From: Octopus sinensis
Taxonomy: Eukaryota
Length of the DNA: 63,735 bases
Direction of reading: 5' to 3'
Assembly (NCBI RefSeq): GCF_006345805.1
Contig: NW_021833651.1
Location: 1-63,735 of the forward strand
Shown: one piece after another, positions 1-12,531 of the stretch
How positions within the stretch are numbered: the stretch's first letter is position 1
Layout: the number at the start of each line of letters is the position of its first letter
Made by a program: the position numbers and the translations under genes
Notes under the pieces: generated by a model
The model's input: only the letters and a program-made list of their open reading frames with translations
Database searches by the model: none
Told to the model about the DNA's origin: nothing

Positions 1-105
1 TCCTGTACTCACGTATATATATTTATATATGCATGAATATATACATGTAGATGTAGGTACGTACATATATGTTTGTATGTATGCATATATTTTATTTATT
101 ACACT

Positions 106-160
<55 letters not shown>

Positions 161-224
161 ACGTAACTACATGTGCGCCGTGGACTATTTCTTTCCCTTC
201 TTTAGACTTATCCCTTTCTCCTTT

Positions 225-255
225 CCGATGACGAGCTATGCTCGAAACATTAAAC
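225..255 (+). ncRNA. Degenerate minimal hammerhead-like motif in a Penelope-type repeat relic
   Basis: ccgatga-c-gagc-tat-gctc-gaaa-catta. Stem II is perfect, the core has U4>C and stem I is only ~3 bp. Confidence 0.35.
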
Positions 256-539
256 TCTCTCCTTTCTCCGAGTGTCAAGCTAAATACCTTTCTTGTGCAC
301 GTCCATATGTTCATTTTTGTTTTATCGTTTTCTTTTTTTGCTAAACCTCTAAGTTGCGGAGACGGAAACACACCAACATCGGTTGACAAGTGGCTGGGGT
401 GGGGGTGGGGGACACAGACACACAAACACATATATATATATATATACAGGGAGAGTTTACGAAAAAAACAAAAAACGAAGACAGGTGGTTTACAAAACAA
501 ACAGATGTATTAGTATAACGCTCAGGAATAGAAAAAGTC

Positions 540-575
540 TTTTTACATTTCGAGCCTACGCTCTTCTACAGAAAG
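540..575 (-). ncRNA. Degenerate minimal hammerhead-like motif (same family as 29070-29110)
   Basis: Minus strand cttt-ctgtaga-a-gagc-gtag-gctc-gaaa-tgta-aaaag. Stem II gagc/gctc, stem I cttt/aaag, core A6>U. Confidence 0.35.
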
Positions 576-627
576 GGACACAGAAAAAACAAGGAGAGAA
601 AAAAATGTGTGTAGTGGCTAACGATAT

Positions 628-1085
628 CTCATACCCCATGCCTTTCAAATGCCCCCAATGATAGATGTCAAGAGGGGTCAGATCTCGGGATCTATAAACT
701 GCTTCCTGAAAAGAAATAATAAATTTTACCCATGTATGGAGACCTTTGAAACACGTCTGTTGTGTCCCTTCCTACTGATTATGGCTTCCCGGTCTCCATT
801 GCAGCTGTCCATGTCATGTCTTACAGCATTTACAATGTTCGCAGAGTACTGAGCAACAGTCAAGATGTCGGCATTTTGAAAGCGGGAGCAAATCGTCAGG
901 ATACAGGTGACTTCGTTGCAATATTCAGTTGGTTTTCGGTCTTCCATGTCAGTTAACTTTTTCCCAGCTACAACCGTATGATTATGCTCTCCAACGCCGT
1001 TGACTATTCACTACGACATGAAGCCGTTCCTGGAAAAAAAAAGGAGACATAAGGAATCGTCGTATTTGGTTCGAAAACCCTGTGT
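628..1085 (-). mobile_element. Internally deleted Tc1/mariner transposon relic
   Basis: Minus ORF MEDRKPTEYCNEV...RKGHNRRVS resembles a mariner N-terminal HTH. It is followed by SRDLTPLDIYHWGHLKGMGY, similar to the SPDLNPLD..WG.LK motif, and a TIR-like tacacagggttttcgaacc start. Confidence 0.55.
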
Positions 1086-1394
1086 AAATGTGGCGGCGGG
1101 GTGGATGTGTAGACAAGCATGTATACATACAGATATCTACATACAAACACACACAGGAGCACGAACGCACGCACACACACATATACATACATTAGGGTTG
1201 GGTGGATGGATGGATGGATGGATGGTTGGATGGATGGATGGAGAAATACCCCACCACACAAGGCAGACAGGTGAACAGGCAAACAACCGCATAGAGAGAG
1301 ACAAACAGACAGGTAAACTGATAGACAGACATGCAGACAGACAGACACAGATATATATATATATAGATATATATATTATATATATATATATAGA

Positions 1395-1397
1395 TAT

Positions 1398-1468
<71 letters not shown>
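1395..1468. repeat. (GATA)n microsatellite flanking a Tx1 fragment
   Basis: Direct read. Confidence 0.95.
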
Positions 1469-1469
<1 letters not shown>

Positions 1470-2056
1470 GTTTCTTTATTGGCCACACAGGGCTGCACAC
1501 AGATGGGACAAATTACAAGGTAGAGCTTTTCTTATGGGGGATGAAAAAAAAAGAGTGGCGTAGTTTTCGATCAACAGGGATCGTAAAAGGGAAAAAAGAA
1601 AAAAAAAGGGAAAAAAACAAAAGAAAAGAAAAAGAAAAAAGAAGAGAAAAGAGGAAAAAGAGGGAAAGAGGAAAAAACGATCAATCGGGATCGTGTATCA
1701 CAGTGTCATGATGTACGGTGTAAAGGGGGAAGCAGATAAGGTTTATCCGTGGGAAGAAAAGCCTACGAAAAAGACCACGGTAACCTTAGTCAATATTGTT
1801 ATATGTTACCACATTTGTTTGCAAGTGGGTAACCCTCTGTTTTCAATTTCTGGGTTCATAGGATTATGGCCAAGGTGGCTTCGTCATTCATGCGTCCATC
1901 CTTGCTACATCAACCATCTTTTTTTAAAACTCGCTAGACAAAACTGCCTCTCTACTCTCACTTTCCTTTTCAAGTGGTACTTGAAGAAGATGAGAGATTG
2001 ACCAGAGAGGAAAGTGTTTGTCTCCAATCCTTTCAGACGCGTCCACCAGAGATACA
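1469..2056 (-). mobile_element. 5'-truncated Tx1-like LINE (family B): ORF2 C-terminus plus 3'UTR, inside (GATA)n
   Basis: WWTRLKGLETNTFLSGQSLIFFKYHLKRKVRVERQ aligns with WRTRLEGLVSGTFVSGYGMLKYFRYHLKSKMDLEKR of the Tx1 at 53.5 kb. (GATA)n lies on both sides. Confidence 0.85.
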
Positions 2057-2584
2057 TAATAGATAGATGATAGATAGATAGATATAGATGAATAGATAGA
2101 TAGATAGATAGATAGACAGATAGACAGACAGATAGATAGATAGATAATAGGCAGACAGACAGACAGATAGATGTAAATGTAAACTCGTACACGGCTACAT
2201 AAATCCATAAATAATTACATAGGTAGAGATTGTGTGATGTGAACATAGATGGACGTTATCTGGCGAGTTCCATACATACCAAGATATGTATCTTTCTTTA
2301 TGCATATATGTATACATAAACAATACTATCTTCTTTTTTTAGCAGGTTTTCTTTTTCTTTTATTCGTTTTTTTTTTATTTTTGTGCGTTCCGTATATTTA
2401 TGAGTTACTTGTAGCTGGATTTGGGACAGTAAAATTCTCAAATCCATTCTTAAAATATTTGATAGAAAAGATAAAGCTGCAACACAGTCGTTTTTTCCTG
2501 TCGATCCACCTCACACACACATGCACGTATAATATATATATATATACATACATACATACATACATACATACATACATACATACA

Positions 2585-2615
<31 letters not shown>

Positions 2616-2740
2616 CTACATACATACATACATACATATCTACATATCTACATACATACATACATACATACATACATACATACATGCATGCATGAACGGC
2701 CACACGTTGTTTTTTCTTGCTTGTTCTTGCTTGAATTGAC

Positions 2741-2771
<31 letters not shown>

Positions 2772-3022
2772 AAATATATACATACATATATATATACATA
2801 CATATATATATGTGTATGTATAATATATACATACATATTATACATATATATATATATGTTAATGTATGTATGTATGTATGTATATATACATATATGTGTA
2901 TATATATATATACATATGCATGTATGTATGTATATATTATATATAATAATATATCGAGAGAGAGAGAGAAGAGAGAGAGATGAATATATGTATATATATA
3001 TATATATATATATGCATGTGTG

Positions 3023-3076
<54 letters not shown>

Positions 3077-3444
3077 CAAAAAACACATGATATATAGTTA
3101 CAAACAAACAAAGGAAAGGAAAAGACAGACAACGAAATGTCGTCAAATCCTCGTCACTTATCGTCCGATGGATCGCAGCACTTTCACTTTGTGGTGCTCT
3201 AAGCTAGATGTGTTGGTGTGTGTATGAGTGTGTGTGAGAGAGAGAGAGAGAGAGAAGCTGACGCTTGTGAAGTTCATAAGGCAATCTTTTATTGTGATCA
3301 GCATATTTAAACCTAGTTTAATTTGTATTTTTTTTCTGTTAAAAGTTTGTAAACCAGTGAAGAGGAAGTAAATTTCTAATTTTTATTTATCTATGCATCT
3401 CTTTATCTAACTATATATAGGTATAACGGTAGATACATAGATAT

Positions 3445-4437
3445 GTTTCTTTATTAGCCACACACGGCTGAACACAGAGGGGACAAATTACAAAGTAGAG
3501 CTTTTCTTTTTGGGGAGGAGAAAAAAATAGGGGGTGGGTGGTTTTCGATCAAAACGGATTGTAAAAAGAAATTTTTAATATAAAACAATTTTTAAACGAT
3601 CAATAGGGGTCGTGTATCACAGAAATGTCATGATGTAAAGTGTAAATGGGGAAACGGATAAGGTTTATCCGTGGAAAGAAAAGCCTACAGAAAAGACCAC
3701 GGTAACCTCGGTCAATAATGACACATGTTAACACATTTATTTGCAAGTAAGTAACTCTGTTTCAAATTTTTCTGGGTTCATAGGATTATGCTGAATGTGG
3801 CTTCGTCATTCATACGTGCAATCCTTCTACATTCACCCATCTTTTTTTTAAACATTCGCTTGACAAAACTTGCCTCTCTACTCTCACTTTCCTTTTCAAG
3901 TGATACTTGAAGAAGTTTATGAGAGATTGACCAGAGAGGAAAGTATTTGTCTCTAATCTTTTCAGACACGTCCACCAGATACATTCTTTCGTCATAGCCA
4001 CAAGTATGATGAAAATAGCTCTTCCTTCCTGTTTGAAGGAAGGAGGCGTGACGATATTGACGATAGACTCGGCTGATAAACAGACTCGTCCCACGCATGA
4101 CAGCAGTCGTTCGACATAAGCTCACAGGTCGGAAATGGTTGGACACTGCACGAGTGCGTGCAGAACGGTTTCGTCGCTCTGACCGCATCTCGGGCAGGTC
4201 GGCCCCGTGTTTCTCGAGTCGTGTCTCTAAAGTTTATCCCGAACGGATAGCGCTTATCCCGAACGGGTAGCGTTTCTCGGTAGCACTGCCAGGCCAGGGA
4301 TCTCTGGAAGTTGTCCATAGGTCCCGGCCCGAAAGTCGTCTTGAACAGGCGGGTCAAGTATTCGTCGTTGACGCCCAGGTTCGCCTCGAGATCGTCGTCG
4401 TACCTCCCCTCCACTAATCCCCTATAGAATGCTTTAT
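3445..4437 (-). mobile_element. 5'-truncated Tx1-like LINE (family B), second copy
   Basis: FYRGLVEGRYDDDL...MDNFQRSLAWQCYRETLPVRDK aligns with FYRRMVEAKNDDVL...DNYQKSLTWQCYRNALPVRDK. The 3'UTR is homologous to 1469-1860. Confidence 0.88.
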
Positions 4438-4657
4438 ACACACATACGCACATACATACATACATGCATGCATACATACATACACATACATACATACATA
4501 CATACATACATACATACATACATACATTCAGTGCATTACATTTAGTAACATCAAAGTTTCTACAACAGTGGGTTCCACAAATTTTTTAACAAAGTCACTA
4601 TCAGCGAAATTTCGGAGAACTTTCCTAGTGTGTGCGCTTTTAAACAAATACATCTCA

Positions 4658-4720
<63 letters not shown>

Positions 4721-5023
4721 TCTATATTTATACCACCGAAGGGTATTTCCGCATTCCCATGCTCGGAGCCATTGCCATCGCATATAATAATTAAGTCCGA
4801 CACGTGATATTACTCTGGATCAGAAAAGACATGGGACCTCATAGTGGTTAAGACGTGGTTCCACCCCGCTCAACACCCTGGAACTCCCGAACCAAACACC
4901 AACTACTGGATGCAGTATAAAGTCATACCATCATACCATCATACCCCTACATCATACACATATTAAAGGCGGTGCTCCAGCATGGCCGCAGTCAAATGAC
5001 TGAAACAAGTGGAAAAGTAAAGA

Positions 5024-5052
<29 letters not shown>

Positions 5053-5058
<6 letters not shown>

Positions 5059-5626
5059 TGCATGAAGTAAATAGACACCTTTTATTTTCAAAATTTCTGA
5101 TCTAAGCGTATTAATATGTTTTCAGCTGTGTGGAATTTACGATGTAATTATTCTTGTTCATTCCAGGTGCCATTATATTAAACATTCGCGAAGAGTAACC
5201 ATGCCACGCACAAAAAATTCAGCAGAAGTCAGATTTTCAAGAGGTCGTATTGTTGGGCAATCTGTAGCTGGTCTTAGCCAGGGAAACATTGCCGAAATCT
5301 TCAAATTCCTCTTGGTACTGTTAATAGAATTGTATTGCAATTCAAAAGCCAAGGAAAAGTATCAACAGATTCTACTCCCGATTGACCCGGGCTCTCGGAA
5401 AGGAAGCTTCGCTGTTTGAAGAGAATTGTGGAAAACGAACTCCGTTCGAAGGCTTCTGACATTGCAAACCAGCTAGAAGTTAGTCCAAGGACATGTGTTA
5501 CATATCTGCATAAGCTTGGGTATTATGGACGAGCAGCTAGAAGAAACCCCTCTCCTTCAACCAATTACTAGCAAATAAAAAGACCTCGAAAATTAAAGGT
5601 GTCTATTTACTTCCTGCATGACTGTG
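5053..5626 (+). mobile_element. Internally deleted Tc1-like DNA transposon with both TIRs
   Basis: Left gacatgcatgaagtaaatagacacct and right aggtgtctatttacttcctgcatgactg form inverted repeats in TA context. Frameshifted MPRTK...RGRIVGQSVAGLSQ...YLHKLGYYGRAARR is a Tc1 HTH region. Confidence 0.85.
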
Positions 5627-6486
5627 TATATATACCCAAACACACCCACACACCCACATATGTCTGTGTGTGTATCTATATGTGTTATATATATTATAAT
5701 ATATTATATATATATGTTTTTATATATAATATATATATATATATGTTTATATATATATATATGTTTATATATGTATATATATATATGTGTTTATATATAT
5801 ATATATGTTTTTTATATATATATACATGCATACATATATGTACATTGGTTAGCAAGGCCACCTTTTAACCGACATTTTGAGTGTTGTCGTGCACTCGTTG
5901 TCTTCGAGTTGGTGTCGTACATTCAGCCATTGTACACTCGACTATTGTACACTCATTGTCAGGGCATTTATTCAAAGTCTTTCATGTTTTCAAACAAATA
6001 TATAAGATGTGTGCAGTGATAGCTACAATGTTCATAGTGGCTCGATTGTCAGATGAATGGCGTTAAGACTTCAAAGCTTATGGGCGTCCATGTGTGACGT
6101 AAAGTCTGAGGCTGCAATCACTCCGGTAAATTGTTAAATACACATGTACAAATATATATATACATATGTATATATATATATATATATGTATATATATCCA
6201 CTATATATATATATATATATATATAATATATGTATATATATATGTATATATGTATATATATATATATATATGTGAGAGAGAGAGAGGGAGAGAGAGTTAT
6301 ATTTATATATATTTAGATGTGTTGTATGTAGTGGTATTAAAATGCATATCAATACGTATGATATGTAAGCGTGTGCTTCGGTTTAAAGGGTGTGTATATA
6401 TATATATTATATATATAACATATATATATGCATATATACATGTATGTATATAAATACGTGTGTATATGTATATATATATGTTATAT

Positions 6487-6523
<37 letters not shown>

Positions 6524-6682
6524 ATATGTTTGTATGCGTTTATACACACACACACACAACACACACGTGTGAGTTTGTATTTGTTTCTGCGTACGTGCAT
6601 GTGTGTGTGTGTTTGTGTGTGTGTGCAAGTTTTGTTGTGCTTTAGTTTGTTTTAGCTATCACAGTTAAGGTCATGCTGGAGC

Positions 6683-7155
6683 ACCTGTCATGGCTGTGTG
6701 GTTAAGAAGCTCGCTTTGCAATCACGTGATTTCAGATTCAGCTCCACTGCTCGGCGTTTTGTACACGTGTCTTTTAGTATAACCCCAAGTAAGTCAATGC
6801 CTATTAAGGGAAATTGATCGACGGAAACTGTGTGGAAGCCTGAGTATATATACATGTGTGTATGTGTTCATGTACGTGCGTGCATGTACATGCGTATGTT
6901 TGTGAGTTTTAGTTCTCTCCACTACGAATCGACATCCAGTGTTGGGTCGTTTGCCGTCCCCGTAACTTAGCGGTTCGGTGAAAACAGAAAGATATAAGTA
7001 TCAGACTTAAAACAAAATAACTACAGGGGTCCATTTGTTCGAGTAAACCATTCAAGGTGGTGCCACAGCATGGCCGCAGTCCGTTGACAGAAACATGTAC
7101 AGTATGCGCAGGCGTGGCTGTGTGGTAATAAGCTTGCTTCCCAATCACGTGGTCG
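6683..7155 (+). mobile_element. tRNA-derived SINE pieces (head, 3' part, second head)
   Basis: A-box tggctgtgtgg, gacggaaactg..gaagcc body and gcatggccgcagtc tail, all recurring many times in the window. Confidence 0.75.
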
Positions 7156-7159
7156 GCGA

Positions 7160-7355
7160 AGTCCATATCCTGTTCGATGCACTTCTTGTGTAACTGTCTA
7201 GCAGAAATTACCCTATCTATAGTATTCCTACTACCTCTAAACCCACATTGTGATTCAGGTAGAACCTCATCAGCTATGTGCAGAAGCAACCTATCCAGCA
7301 TTACCCTACAAAGGACCTTTCCAGCCACAGTTAACGGACAGATGCCATGAAAATT
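7160..7355 (-). pseudogene. RTE-like LINE reverse transcriptase fragment
   Basis: DNFHGICPLTVAGKVLCRVMLDRLL...LPESQCGFRGSRNTID...ARQLHKKCIEQ matches RT motifs 0-2 of RTE/BovB-type elements. Confidence 0.85.
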
Positions 7356-7847
7356 ATCACAGACATATACGTGTGAGTCTCTCTGTGTGTGCGAATGTGT
7401 GTGTGTGTGTGTATGCGCGCGAGCCCCTATATGTTCGTGTTGTATGTACGTATGTATACAGGTAAGTAGGTGTATATGAATGAATATATGCATATATATA
7501 TATATAATGTGTGCGCACTCATGGGCGTGCATATATAGATATCTTTTATCTTTTACTGGTTTCAGTCATTGGACTGCAGCCATGCTGGAGCACCTCCTCC
7601 AAGGGTTAAATCGAACAAATCGACTCTAGTACTTATTTTTCATCAGTTTCTTTTGCCGGACCACTACGTTACAGTCGTGTCGAGCATTCGTAGGGACAAA
7701 CACAAAGACACACACGCACATATATGTGTGTATATATACGTATATACATGTGTGTGTATCATGTATGAATGTATATATTTATCTATGTCTATATATATAT
7801 ATTGTTTCGAATTTGTGTAAATGTGTATAGAATAATATATCAGTTGA

Positions 7848-8126
7848 ATAAAGTTAAAACATGGTCTGGTTTTCACGTTTTTTATTATGGTATTTTAACA
7901 TTAAAAAAATATTTTGTAATGCTCATAAAGTTAAATTAGCGCTTTCATACATCTGAAATCATCAGATTTCAAATGTGTTTAACTGTCAGTTAAACACATT
8001 TGAAATCTGATGATTACTCTGTATATGAAAGCGCTAATTTAACTTTATGAGCATTACAAAATATTTTTTTAATGTTAAAATACCATAATAAAAAACGGGA
8101 AACCAGACCACGTTTTTAAACTTTAT
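7848..8126. repeat. ~280-bp near-perfect palindrome (foldback element)
   Basis: Arms of ~138 bp centred on aactg-t-cagtt at 7986, next to (TA)n. Confidence 0.9.
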
Positions 8127-8134
8127 CATATATA

Positions 8135-8181
<47 letters not shown>

Positions 8182-8545
8182 CCAGCATTAATAATGATCA
8201 AGAGAATAAAGATTTTTTCCACATCTATAATTTTTTTAAACAGTTATTTGAAACATTCTTTCGTGGACCTACGCACGTTTCAACTGCATGGGCTACACAC
8301 TGTTAGATATGCAACCTTCCGGTGTTATTTTCGGTACAATTTTATCAAGATCTATTATTTACTGCAGTTCTAAATAGGACGCTCAGATTTACGAAGCGAG
8401 AATAATTACCAGAGTCTAACAACTTATTGTTAAATCGGTTATCACCAAAAGTTCGCTGTGGTTAACCGGCCTTGGAAAACCGATTTACGAAGGAACACGG
8501 TAACCGCCAGAATTATATATCCCTTTGAACTCAATTTTTATTTGC

Positions 8546-8654
8546 CATACATACATACATACATACATACATACATACATACATACATACATACATACGT
8601 ATGTATGTATGTATGTATGTATGTATGTATGTATGTATGTATGTATGTATGTAT
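8546..8654. repeat. Inverted microsatellite (CATA)n-(TATG)n
   Basis: The repeat switches orientation at catac|gtatg (~8597). Confidence 0.9.
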
Positions 8655-9489
8655 GTGTGTATATAGATATATATATATATATGGAACAAAAACGCAATAG
8701 AGGACATTAAAACATTCGGGCAGATAGCCGATACAAAGCCAGACAAGAGAAAGAACAAAAGACGGGACACTCCTGGCTTTCTTTCCTCAGTCAAGTTCCA
8801 GAAGTCACGACCATTTCGGGCAGTTACACTTGAGATGGTTCGATCTGGTTGCCCCCCAAAAAGTCTAAGCTAATATCATTAGACCCTTTTGTAAGAAAGC
8901 TAGAGAATGTGTATGGCAACAAAGACAAAAAGTAACAAACTAACAAACAAAAACGGAGAACATGGTGCACAATTACGAATACAAACAACAAGAAATAACA
9001 ACAGGCGTCTTTCGACTGAGAACGAACCAGCTGGCGTGTATAAAGTGAAAGCCTAAAGGCAGGAACATAGGATATGGACATAAGAGGTGCTGGCGGTCGA
9101 GGCAGAAACGTCGCACTTCTTTCAGTTTCTGTCTACCAAATCCCTTCACAAGGTTTTGGTTGGCCCGTGGTAGTAGTAGACTCTTGCCCAAGGCACCACG
9201 CAGTAAGACTGAACCCGGAACGATGTGGTGGGAAAGCAAACTTCTTGTCACACTGCTACAAAATAGCAGCAATACCCAGTCTTGTCCAAATTCATTAATA
9301 CGTAAAATAAATAGCCACGTGGCCCTTCTATATATTGGATAAACTGCTTTAAAATGATGGCGGCACGCTTCATTTAGTCCGGAGTGTTGTTCATTCGCCA
9401 AGGGTTGTTGGATTCATCTAAATCAGATTTAAGTCGAGAAGTATTTAAAAACTCAAATGAAATTTTGCTCTAATACATCTTTCTTTTAA

Positions 9490-9905
9490 CCGTATGGCTC
9501 CGGGTTCAGTCCCACGGCGTGTCACCTTGGCCAAGAATTTTCTATTATAGCCTCTGGACTATCAAAGCTTTGTAAGTGGATTTAGTAGACGGAAACTGAA
9601 AGAAGCCCGTCATGTATATATATATATATACATGTTTGTGTGTCCGTGCGCGCGAGAGTATGTGTGTGGGGTGTATTTGAGTTGTGTTTGTCCCCCACCA
9701 CAGCTTGATAACCGGTGTTGGTGTCCTTACGTCCCTGAAGCTTAGCGATTCAACAAAAATGCGATAGAATAAATGCCAGGCTTTAACAAAAAATAAAAAA
9801 GGAAGAAGAAGAAATAAATACTGAAATCGATTCGTTCTACTAAACTTCTTCAAGCAGTGACCCAGCATGGCCGCAATATAATGGCTGAAACGAGCAGAAA
9901 AAAGA
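9490..9905 (+). mobile_element. tRNA-derived SINE, near complete
   Basis: B-box ggttcagtcc, family body and gcatggccgca tail. Confidence 0.8.
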
Positions 9906-10232
9906 AAGAAAAATGGAGTATATTCTGGGAAAACAGAGTAAGAATGGCAACAAAAAGAATTTGAAAAATGGAGGGGATAAACCGAAAAATTTTTAAAACG
10001 CAGTTGATTAATTAATCGGTTAAATGTTAACAAATTCACTCGTAATAATCGTTTCAACAACAAATACAAAGAATGAAATTCTGTGGTCCGATAGTCAATG
10101 GCATCGATCCCTGTGTTCAACTGGTACTTATTTTACCGGCCTCGAAAGGAAGGAAGGAAGGCGAAGTCGAACCAAGGCAGAATTTGAGATCAGGACGTAA
10201 AGGCATGACAACAATTCTGCCAGCTCGTCGCC

Positions 10233-10233
<1 letters not shown>

Positions 10234-10287
<54 letters not shown>

Positions 10288-10351
10288 TAATAATAATAAT
10301 AATAATAACAACAACAATAACAACAACAACAACAACAACAATAATAACAAC

Positions 10352-10397
<46 letters not shown>

Positions 10398-10452
10398 CAA
10401 CAATAACAACAACAATAACAACAACAACAACAACAACAACAATAATAATAAC

Positions 10453-10489
<37 letters not shown>

Positions 10490-10490
10490 T
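10234..10490. repeat. (AAT/AAC)n microsatellite between two minus-strand SINEs
   Basis: Direct read. It explains the poly-N and poly-L ORFs. Confidence 0.95.
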
Positions 10491-10904
10491 TAATACTTTC
10501 TACTATAGGCACATCGACCCTAGTACGCAACTGGTACTCACTTATTTCAGCCATCTCGAAAGAAGAATGAAATGTAAAGTCGACCTCGGCGGAATTTGAA
10601 CTCAGAACGTTAAGACTGACGAAATACCGCTTAAGCATTTTCCCAGCGCGCTAATGATTCTGCTAGCTTACCGCCTCAGTAACAACAACAACAACAATGA
10701 AAAAAGGGCATCAGAGCGGTGATGCATATCCTACGCGCAGATAATTTTTTTTCGCAAATTATAGTATGGCTTACAATGCGTTGCTTACCCATGCTTTTTA
10801 ATTGATCTGAATTAAGCTTTGTAAGAGTTTGACTAAACTTGCTTATCGGGAAATTTGTAAGTTTGATTTGGAATTTTTTTATGTATTACTGTTATAGGTA
10901 TTTG

Positions 10905-11135
10905 TGGAGGCGCGTGGCTTAGTGGTTAGGGTGTCAGCATCATGATCGTAAGATTGTGGTTTCGATTCTTGGACCGGGCGACGCGTTGTGTTCTTGAGCA
11001 AAACACTTCATTTCACGTTGCTCCAGTCCACTCAGCTGGCAAAAATGAGTAATGCTGCGATGGAGTGGCGTGCCGTCCAGCTGCGGAACACATACGCCAT
11101 TGAAACCGGGCCCATGAGCCTGGCTAGGCTTTAAA
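10905..11135 (+). mobile_element. tRNA-derived SINE
   Basis: ggaggcgcgtggcttagtggttagggtg (A box) and ggtttcgattc (B box). Confidence 0.8.
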
Positions 11136-11920
11136 AGGGAGCATTTCAAAAAGTTTTTTAATTATAGGTATTTATACTCCGGTGAAATTAAGAAATCAAC
11201 TCGCAAGTAAAGGAAACGCTCGAATCCATCACTGTACACACCCACACTCACGCACACACGCGCGCTCACATATACACACACAGAGTCGTATAACTATGTA
11301 TTTATTAATGTATGTTTGAAGATAATCAAACCAAATTCTCATCGTTTCGAGCAATTCACCCAATGAAAATCCGTTCAGCCATTTTCCAGTAATTTTACAA
11401 ACACAGACAGACAAAGACGAGCGGCTACAATACTCTGCTTTCGCTTGCGCGCACTTGAAATTTTGGGGAAGCAGACTAGTCGATTAGACTGACCCAAATA
11501 CATAACTGGTACTTAATTTATTGACCCGAAAGGCAAAGTCGACCTCGGCGGAATTTGAACTCAAATAATGATAATAATTTTTCCAACATAAATATAGTGA
11601 TATTGGACTCTACCACCGAAGACGTCGTATGAGCGTTCAGCTTTTGCCGAACGACCATCACAAATGATTTTGTTTATGGTGATCAAATGCTCGTGCCGCA
11701 CATTAGCGACGTTGTCTGAACAGGCGCACAGGTGTGCACAGGTGTGCCACGCGTCAGGTATCGAAGTGATCATAGAGCAACGTGAGATGAAGTGTTTTGC
11801 TCAAGAACACTTCATCTCACCACTCGGTCAAGGAATTGAAACCACGCTCTCACGATCGTGATTGCAACACCCCAACCGCAAAAGCTATATGCCCTCACAA
11901 TAATCATAAGAAACGTAACA

Positions 11921-12531
11921 ACCCTTTCTACTATAGACACAAGGCCTGACATTTTGTGGGGAGGAGGATAGTTGATTACATCGACCCCTGTGTTTCAGTG
12001 GTACTTATTTTATCAACCCCGAAAGGATAAAAGGCGAAGTCGACCCTCGGCGGAATTTGAACTCAGAACGTAAGGATGAATGAAATGCCGCTAAGCATTT
12101 TTCCCGGCGTGCTAACGATTCTGCCAGCTCACTGACCTCATAATAAAAGTAATAATAATAATCCTTTCTAATATAGACACAAGGCCTGAAATTTTGTGGG
12201 AAGGAGGCTAGTCGATTAGATTGACCCAGTACGCAACTGATACTTAATTTCTTGATCCGAAAGGATGAAAGGCGAAGTCGACCCTCCGCGGAATTTGAAC
12301 TCAGAACGTAAAGACGGATGGAATGCCGCTAAGCATTTTGCGGCGTGCTAACGATTCTGCCAGCTCACCAATAAAAGCAATAATAATAATCCTTTCTAAT
12401 ATAGACACGAGGCCTGAAATTTTGTGGGAGGGTGATAGTCGATTAGATTGACCCCAGTACGCAACTGGTACTTAATTTATTGATCCGAAAGGATGAAAGG
12501 CAAAGTCGACCTCGGCGGAGTTTGAACTCAA
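11921..12531 (-). mobile_element. Head-to-tail array of three tRNA-SINEs (~235-bp period)
   Basis: The unit cctttcta.tatagacac.aggcctgaa...gtcgacctcggcggaatttgaactca...ctgccagctcac repeats at ~11921, 12150 and 12380. The third copy lacks part of the head. Confidence 0.85.

Noticed and set aside
11455-12531. CRISPR-like or tRNA gene array
   Set aside because: The units are ~235-bp SINEs without unique spacers, the heads lack a full cloverleaf, and the context is eukaryotic.
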